A DNA stretch of 11,206 bases, from NCBI GenBank assembly GCA_009779295.1, contig WREN01000047.1, forward strand, positions 1-11,206, in the 5' to 3' direction. This stretch comes from Oscillospiraceae bacterium. Its GTDB lineage: Bacteria; Bacillota; Clostridia; Oscillospirales; CAG-272. Position 1 is the stretch's first letter. Every line of letters starts with the position of its first letter. Below the pieces are notes generated by a model. It searched no databases and was not told where the DNA came from. It worked only from the letters and a program-made list of their open reading frames with translations. Of this stretch, positions 1 through 5,403 are shown one piece after another. A program made the translations under genes and the position numbers.

Positions 1-120
1 CAGATACTTCACGCGTTAATGCTGGTAGCTTTAAGCACGGTATTGACGATTATAGGCGGGCACATTCCGGCATTGATGGCATCGCGCAAGGACGCGGTGG
101 AAGCGTTGCGGAGCGAATAA
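1..120 (+). CDS. ABC transporter permease, FtsX/MacB family, C-terminal fragment (5' end outside window)
   Basis: Frame-1 translation ...LVALSTVLTIIGGHIPALMASRKDAVEALRSE*. The terminal motif (G-x-x-PA-x-x-ASR-x-DP/A-VEALR-x-E) is the characteristic C-terminus of FtsX-like permeases. Stop TAA at 118-120. Confidence 0.55.
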   Translation, partial: QILHALMLVALSTVLTIIGGHIPALMASRKDAVEALRSE

Positions 121-122
121 AC

Positions 123-1034
123 TTACTCCAGCACCGACACATTCATCCCATCAGCGACAAAAACAATATCGCCGAGTTTATCCGTGCGATATATCAACAC
201 ACCCGCATCATTGAGAAGGTCAACGATCTCTTTGTGCGGGTGTCCGTATGAATTGCCGGTCTCGCAAAAAATAACTGCGGCAATCGGAGCGACGGCGTTT
301 AAGAAATCCGCGGAAGTCGATGTTGTCGAGCCGTGATGTCCGACTTTTAAAACGTCGCAAGTGAATTCGGATTTGGGAAATTTATTCAGCATCTCTTTCT
401 CAACCAATTTTTCAGCGTCGCCCGTAAACATAAAACTTGTCCCGCCATAGTCAAGACGTACCACGACGCTCCAATCGTTGAGGTTTTTGTAACTGTTGTT
501 AATCGGTGCCAAAATTTTAAAACTTACTTCGCCGACTGTGTAAACGTCGCCGGACTCAGCGATTATCATGTTTACGTTGTTTTTGTCTATCGCGTTGATC
601 ATACGCTCGAACGTTACGGTATCGTGAGTCATGTCCGGCAAAATCACATTTTTAACGTTATATGTATCGACCACCATGTCCGCGCCGCCGATGTGGTCTT
701 CGTGCGGATGCGTGAATATCGCGTATTCAATATCCTTAACCGATTGGGAATCCAAATATCTTTTCAACGCCTTTTCACTCTTATTCGTTCCGGCGTCGAT
801 GAGGATGTATTTGTTGTCCGGCATTACAATCAGCGTGCTGTCGCCTTGTCCGACGTCAATGAAATGCACTTCTATCGTGCCTTCCATCAATACTTTACCC
901 GTGCGGGTTGAACCTGCGTCAAAGAGGTCGGGGAAATATTTCGCGCCGAATATCGTAATTAACGCGATTATAGCAATGATTATTATCGATTGCCCGTTCT
1001 TTTTCATGTCAGATTTTGATTTAGAATTTTTCAT
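123..1034 (-). CDS. Stand-alone ComEC/Rec2-type metallo-beta-lactamase-fold hydrolase with N-terminal membrane anchor
   Basis: 303 aa. N-terminal hydrophobic helix (IIIIAIIALITIFGA) followed by HFIDVGQGDS, THPHEDHIGG (HxHxDH zinc motif), LKVGHHGS and NSYGHPH, the signature blocks of the ComEC C-terminal MBL domain. It lacks the competence channel (DUF4131/ComEC TM) part. ATG at 1034; AGGAG lies 11 nt upstream on the minus strand. Confidence 0.8.
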   Translation of the reverse strand: MKNSKSKSDMKKNGQSIIIIAIIALITIFGAKYFPDLFDAGSTRTGKVLMEGTIEVHFIDVGQGDSTLIVMPDNKYILIDAGTNKSEKALKRYLDSQSVKDIEYAIFTHPHEDHIGGADMVVDTYNVKNVILPDMTHDTVTFERMINAIDKNNVNMIIAESGDVYTVGEVSFKILAPINNSYKNLNDWSVVVRLDYGGTSFMFTGDAEKLVEKEMLNKFPKSEFTCDVLKVGHHGSTTSTSADFLNAVAPIAAVIFCETGNSYGHPHKEIVDLLNDAGVLIYRTDKLGDIVFVADGMNVSVLE

Positions 1035-1081
1035 TATAAATTATTCTCCTGTCACTATTTTTCTTTTCAACATTAAATTGC

Positions 1082-1100
1082 TCACCCCTTAATAGGGTGA
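1082..1100 (-). other. Short GC hairpin (TCACCC-N7-GGGTGA) in the S8-peptidase/ComEC-MBL intergenic spacer
   Basis: Perfect 6-bp inverted repeat seen directly. No U-tract follows on either strand, so it is not a canonical intrinsic terminator. Possible processing or stability element. Confidence 0.3.
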
Positions 1101-1123
1101 ACAATTTACGTTGAAAATATTCG

Positions 1124-2650
1124 TTAATTTTTTTGCCCTTGTATATACTCAATAAACGCCAGAGGGTTGATGTATTTTAAACCGCTCGCGTCAACGTACG
1201 CCGTATCCCTGAGAATTTGCATGATTTCGTCAGCCGTTAATTCGGGCTTGACTTGCCAGCCCATCGCCAATACGCCTGCGGCGTAGGGCATTGCCCAGCT
1301 TAATCCGCCTTCGCCGGTGTATTGGTATGAAAATTCTCCTTCTCTGTACACTTCCGCGGATGTTCTATAATTTACAGGAGCAAGAATATCGGTTTTATTA
1401 ATCCAACCGGGAGAACTTAAAAATCCGGATCTGCATTTGGTAACTTCTTCAGGATTACTAAAATCATATCCGCACGCTCCGATAATTCTATGTTCCTGCG
1501 AACAATCGAGAACTAAAATTCCTGCTTCTTTTGCGCGTTTAACACTTTCGAGATATATTTTTCCGTTTGTCCAATCAGGATTTGTAGGTGTAGGAGCCGC
1601 CGAAATACTTACCACACGTATTTTTTCGCTGTCCGGTAAAGTTTTATTCGTTTCTACAATCCAATCAAGAGCGTCAGCATAATGTGTTGCGTCACCAGTC
1701 CAAGACGGAGCGGCTGCGTAATATAATTTCGCACCCGGAGCCGTTCCTATAGTTTCACCGACAAGAAGGCTCGCTACTGCCGGACCGTGCATACTCGATT
1801 CAGATTCACAATTGAAATTTTTATATTCTATTATTTTACCTGCATATTCGGGATGATTTGCATATAAAGGTTGATCGATTATAGCAACGTTTACACCTTT
1901 GCCGGTTATACCCTGTTCATGCAACGCGCGAACTCCGAGTCCCGGATTTTTTCCCGCTTCCATGATGGGTTCAGGGTGAAATTTTTCAAGAGCGGGCAGT
2001 TTTTGTATTGGCGGGAATATTGTCTTTTCATTGAACCAAAGAGTACGGATTTTTTGTGGTTCGTCAGAGAAGTCAGCGACATGAATATCTTTATTTCTCA
2101 CATCTTCATAATCCGGAACCCCGAAAATCGCTCTGTTTGATGTTTTTTTGAATACATAATATCTCGGGTCTTGTCTGCGTACATAGTAATCTCCGCTTTT
2201 CCATTCGACGAACATATACAAAACATCATTGATATTTTTTATTGTGTATGCAGGTATAACTTGCCATGCGGAAAATTCAAGATACCCTTTCGTCCATTTT
2301 TCTAATGTGTCATCAACGTCTCCTTGAAATTGTAACGCCGCTGTTCCTATATCAAAAAATCTAATTCGGGTCCAAATTAATTCATTCTTATTTATATTAG
2401 GTACATCCGGATCAAAATCATCAATCTTCTCTACCCAATCCACAACGCTCCATGTTCCTATAACTTCATTGTCCGGGATGAATACATAATCCATGTGCTC
2501 GTAAATTCTTTCGTCGTCGCTCGTGATTTCGATTTTAAGTTCAAATTCCGTCGTTTCTTCTTCCGGTTCCGCCAACGTTTCGTTAGCGCAGCCCGTGAAA
2601 ATCGCCAACATCATTGCCAATAGTATTATAGCACTCAAAATTTTTTTCAT
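1124..2650 (-). CDS. Subtilisin-family (peptidase S8) serine protease, lipoprotein, with unrecognised ~230-aa N-terminal domain
   Basis: The ORF track gives a TTG start at 2671. An in-frame ATG at 2650 is preceded by GAGGTGA with 5-nt spacing and yields MKKILSAIILLAMMLAIFTGC, a signal peptide with an L-A-I-F-T-G-C lipobox. S8 catalytic blocks: VNVAIIDQ (Asp), SMHGPAVASLLVG (His, compare HGTHVAG) and GLSWAMPYAAG (Ser, compare GTSMAAPHVAG). Confidence 0.8.
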   Translation of the reverse strand: MKKILSAIILLAMMLAIFTGCANETLAEPEEETTEFELKIEITSDDERIYEHMDYVFIPDNEVIGTWSVVDWVEKIDDFDPDVPNINKNELIWTRIRFFDIGTAALQFQGDVDDTLEKWTKGYLEFSAWQVIPAYTIKNINDVLYMFVEWKSGDYYVRRQDPRYYVFKKTSNRAIFGVPDYEDVRNKDIHVADFSDEPQKIRTLWFNEKTIFPPIQKLPALEKFHPEPIMEAGKNPGLGVRALHEQGITGKGVNVAIIDQPLYANHPEYAGKIIEYKNFNCESESSMHGPAVASLLVGETIGTAPGAKLYYAAAPSWTGDATHYADALDWIVETNKTLPDSEKIRVVSISAAPTPTNPDWTNGKIYLESVKRAKEAGILVLDCSQEHRIIGACGYDFSNPEEVTKCRSGFLSSPGWINKTDILAPVNYRTSAEVYREGEFSYQYTGEGGLSWAMPYAAGVLAMGWQVKPELTADEIMQILRDTAYVDASGLKYINPLAFIEYIQGQKN

Positions 2651-2708
2651 GCCGCTCACCTCATCTTTCAAATTTTAATTATTTTTTGAATTTTATTTAT
2701 AAAATTCT

Positions 2709-4130
2709 TTATTCCACGTCGGTTACGTCATCGGTTTTCGGCGTTCCGAGATATTCCGGCAGTTTCATGCCCGCGATGTCAAAGAGTTCGTTCATCGGCG
2801 GTAGCGATTTCAGCAAGCCCGACAGGAAGTTAGCCGTTGACGTTTTGCCGTCTTTGCCTGCGCCCGTGCCCGAATCCCAAACCGTGATTTTGTCTATCTT
2901 CAAGTTCTTGATAGCTTCGACTTGAATCTTGACGATGTCTTCCAGTTTGTCTGCGATGAGCATCTTGATCGCGCTGTTAGCTTCGCCGCCCGCTGAATTG
3001 ACGAGCTGCGCGAAACCGTCCGCTTGTTTCGTCAGGATTTCCCTCATACCGTTTGCTTCCGCCTGCATTTTATACAGGATACCGTCCGCTTCACCTTTAG
3101 CCCTGCGGCGGGTCTGTTCAGCTTCGGCTTCGGCTTGGATTTCCAAACGTTTCTTTTCGATTTCGATTTTTACAAGTACATCGGCTTCCTGCGTAGCTTT
3201 TTCAACGGTAGCGCGCTCGATTTCCGCGGCGCGTTTAGCGGCGTAGGATTCTTCCAATGCTTTCGCTTCCTGGATTTTTTCCGCTGCCGTAGCGCGTTTC
3301 AGAGCTTCAGCTTCGCGTTCGCGCCTGATAGCGTCGGACTCGGCGATTTGGATTTTCGCTTCGTTTTCGCCTTTGATAGCTTCCGAGTTTGCCATTGAAA
3401 CCTGGACACGCTGGTCGCGTTCCGCGTTCGCGGAACCGATCGCACCGGCTTTGTCAGCAACGGCGACTGAAACCTTCGCTTCGTTGATTGCTTTTGCGGC
3501 CGCTTCTTTACCGAGCGCGATGATGTATCCGCTTTCGTCGTTGATGTCGGTCACGTTGACGTTGATGAGCCGCAGACCGATCTTCTTCAATTCCGTTTCA
3601 ACGTTGCCGGAAACTGCGTCAAGGAATTTGTCGCGGTCGGTGTTGATTTCCTCGATCTCCATCGTCGCGATGATGAGACGCAATTGCCCGAAGATAATAT
3701 CTTCCGCGAGGCTTTGGATTTCGTTGTGTTTCAATCCTAACAGACGCTCTGCGGCGTTCTGCATGATACCGACTTCGGTCGAGATACCGACTGTAAATCT
3801 CGATGGTACGTCAACACGGATGTTCTGCTTTGAAAGCGCGTTCCTGAGGTCAACGTTAAGCGAGATAGGCGTGAGGTCGAGGTATTGATACGCCTGCACT
3901 ACCGGCCATATGAACGCCGCGCCTCCGTGTATACATTTCGCCGAACGCGAAGTTCCGTCCGCGTTATTGCCAACCTTACCGTAGATTACCATGACTTTGT
4001 CGGAAGGGCATTTGCGGTATCTTGACAGAAACACCATGAACGTGGTGAACAGGATAACAACGATAACAGTAATTAAAGCCGCCATCGTAAAGTCAAATGG
4101 AGTTGAAGCTGTGTTTACTATTTCATTCAT
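2709..4130 (-). CDS. floT: Flotillin-like protein, SPFH/band-7 domain with EA-rich coiled-coil (FloT/YqiK type)
   Basis: The ORF-track start at 4193 adds 21 spurious residues. ATG at 4130 is preceded by GGAG with about 8-nt spacing and gives MNEIVNTA... with one N-terminal TM helix (AALITVIVVILFTTFMVFL). SPFH core follows, then a long Glu/Ala-rich heptad region (EAEALKRATAAEKIQEAKALEE...) typical of bacterial flotillins. It is paired with a short NfeD gene immediately upstream, as in the yuaF-floT arrangement. Confidence 0.85.
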   Translation of the reverse strand: MNEIVNTASTPFDFTMAALITVIVVILFTTFMVFLSRYRKCPSDKVMVIYGKVGNNADGTSRSAKCIHGGAAFIWPVVQAYQYLDLTPISLNVDLRNALSKQNIRVDVPSRFTVGISTEVGIMQNAAERLLGLKHNEIQSLAEDIIFGQLRLIIATMEIEEINTDRDKFLDAVSGNVETELKKIGLRLINVNVTDINDESGYIIALGKEAAAKAINEAKVSVAVADKAGAIGSANAERDQRVQVSMANSEAIKGENEAKIQIAESDAIRREREAEALKRATAAEKIQEAKALEESYAAKRAAEIERATVEKATQEADVLVKIEIEKKRLEIQAEAEAEQTRRRAKGEADGILYKMQAEANGMREILTKQADGFAQLVNSAGGEANSAIKMLIADKLEDIVKIQVEAIKNLKIDKITVWDSGTGAGKDGKTSTANFLSGLLKSLPPMNELFDIAGMKLPEYLGTPKTDDVTDVE

Positions 4131-4167
4131 GTCAATTTCTCCTTTATAAATTATAAAAATTTTTTTA

Positions 4168-4767
4168 TTACATAGGTTTGATTCTCTCAACAAGCAAATA
4201 TCCTACTTCGTCCGTCGCCACAACGCGAACAATTTCACCTGTTTTGATCGGCGTTTCGTCCGTGGTCATAGCGTTGAATTCCGAATATTTATCCTGTAAT
4301 GTGATATTAACTTTGCCCATTCCGCTCATTTTCGGCGGTATCTGCAAATATACCTGCCCGACTTTCCCTATTGCGTTCGACAATTCAATATTGCCGGACG
4401 ATTGCAAAGTGAGTATCAGTTTGATTAAAAACGCCATTCCGACGAGTGCGGCAAACCCTATTCCCACAGATAAAATTACTGTAAGTATGCCGTTGACGCC
4501 GGCTTCGCTTATCGCTATACCGCTCCAGCTCCCGACGCAAAGCATAGCCATTATACCGCGGATCGAGAACAACGCAAGCCCTCCGTCTCCGTCCGCGATT
4601 CCGTCAGGCGTACCGTCTCCGTCAATATCAATATCGCTGTCGTTTCCTAAACCGAAAAATAACATTACCGTTTGTATCAGCAATATAGTCGTGGATGGTA
4701 TCGCGATCAGCGCGAATATGCGTTGCAACAAATTTAAACTATTGTACCAATCTATCACCGGCGCCAT
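4168..4767 (-). CDS. NfeD-family membrane protein (short form; three TM helices plus C-terminal OB-fold)
   Basis: 199 aa: three hydrophobic helices, then a C-terminal beta-rich segment GKVNITLQDKYSEFNAMTTDETPIKTGEIVRVVATDEVGYLLVERIKP typical of the NfeD OB-fold. Immediately upstream of flotillin (37-nt spacer). Start uncertain: at ATG 4767 the AAAGGAG abuts the ATG with 0 spacing, while in-frame GTG at 4758 has 9-nt spacing. It overlaps the upstream gene by 29 nt. Confidence 0.8.
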   Translation of the reverse strand: MAPVIDWYNSLNLLQRIFALIAIPSTTILLIQTVMLFFGLGNDSDIDIDGDGTPDGIADGDGGLALFSIRGIMAMLCVGSWSGIAISEAGVNGILTVILSVGIGFAALVGMAFLIKLILTLQSSGNIELSNAIGKVGQVYLQIPPKMSGMGKVNITLQDKYSEFNAMTTDETPIKTGEIVRVVATDEVGYLLVERIKPM

Positions 4768-5347
4768 CTCCTTTCATAATATCTGTAAACAATTTTACAG
4801 AATGTTTTTGGATAATTGTTGCGTAGTACGTTATTACTATAATTTCAAGGGCGTTGTTCAAACGTCTTTTTGCTCCGGATATCCTTTCCTCATAATTTTC
4901 CGTACTTTCTTTGATATAATTTCTAAGCTGCTCGTTTGTGGTTTTGTCTTGATTCATCACTTTATCGATTATCTGGCAGATATAATCGTAAAGCAGCGAT
5001 TCCGCTATAATGGATTCCGATTCAATATTTGCCCTGCCGTTGATGTACCTCATCAAATAATCGATGCGCTCCAGAAGCATACTGTCCCTTAACATGTTTA
5101 TGATGAGGATCCTCGCTAAATGTTCCTTTGAATATTTTTTGTTGACAGTAGTCCCGATCCATCCTCTTTTTACCCAGTTTTGGATCGTAGAACCGTCCAC
5201 TCCGCTGATTTCCCTGATTTGCTGAAGCAGGATTCCGTCAGATATATAATATATCTTATTCAAGAATTCAAGCCCCGTAACATTGCCCATGTTCTTTTTG
5301 AGCATTACCGTACCCGGTATATGGTCGTCAATAATTCCTAATGTCAA
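4739..5347 (-). CDS. MerR-like HTH domain protein (DUF1836-like), putative transcriptional regulator
   Basis: 202 aa. TTG start at 5347 is preceded by AGGAGG with 8-nt spacing. The segment ISDGILLQQIREISGVDGSTIQNWVKRGWI has the MerR-type HTH spacing pattern (compare aklTGVsvrTLRyYekiGLL). The rest resembles DUF1836-type proteins annotated as MerR-like in Firmicutes. First gene after the YfhO stop; it overlaps the nfeD start. Confidence 0.6.
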   Translation of the reverse strand: MTLGIIDDHIPGTVMLKKNMGNVTGLEFLNKIYYISDGILLQQIREISGVDGSTIQNWVKRGWIGTTVNKKYSKEHLARILIINMLRDSMLLERIDYLMRYINGRANIESESIIAESLLYDYICQIIDKVMNQDKTTNEQLRNYIKESTENYEERISGAKRRLNNALEIIVITYYATIIQKHSVKLFTDIMKGDGAGDRLVQ

Positions 5348-5367
5348 TCAATGTACCTCCTAACACA

Positions 5368-5398
5368 ATTATGTTGTACCTATTCAGGTATGACACAA
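5368..5398 (-). promoter_or_regulatory. Candidate MerR-type promoter: -35 TTGTGT, 19-bp spacer, -10 CATAAT, with a dyad inside the spacer
   Basis: Minus-strand read: TTGTGT (plus 5393-5398), 19 nt, CATAAT (plus 5368-5373). The perfect inverted repeat TACCT-ATTC-AGGTA (plus 5377-5390) sits inside the spacer. RBS AGGAGG and the TTG start follow about 15-25 nt downstream. A 19-bp spacer with a central dyad is the hallmark architecture of MerR-family-controlled promoters. Confidence 0.35.
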
Positions 5399-5403
5399 GT
5401 ATA

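Noticed and set aside
1082-1100. Hairpin downstream of the S8 protease gene as an intrinsic terminator
   Set aside because: No U-tract follows on the minus strand, so termination there is unlikely. Kept only as a possible structure.
3050-3400. Short tandem-like nucleotide repeats (gcttcggcttcggcttgg, ttcgatttcgattt)
   Set aside because: They are coding-level reflections of the Glu/Ala heptad repeats of the flotillin coiled coil, not a CRISPR array or satellite. Spacing and lengths are irregular.
3024-3888. Three plus-strand ORFs (105, 124 and 171 aa) antisense to the flotillin gene
   Set aside because: Their products are low-complexity (F/S/A-rich) mirror images of the GC-skewed EA-repeat coding region. 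They have no RBS, and they lie entirely inside a well-supported gene on the other strand. They are shadow ORFs.
4131-4193. 21-codon N-terminal extension of the flotillin ORF (MLRESNLCNKKIFIIYKGEID)
   Set aside because: The extension would overlap the nfeD 3' end and lacks an SD. The internal ATG at 4130 has GGAG at the correct distance and gives a normal flotillin N-terminus.
4178-5092. 304-aa plus-strand ORF antisense to nfeD and the MerR-like gene
   Set aside because: Its product is a P/S/I-rich low-complexity sequence with no start context. It is fully overlapped by two convincing minus-strand genes.
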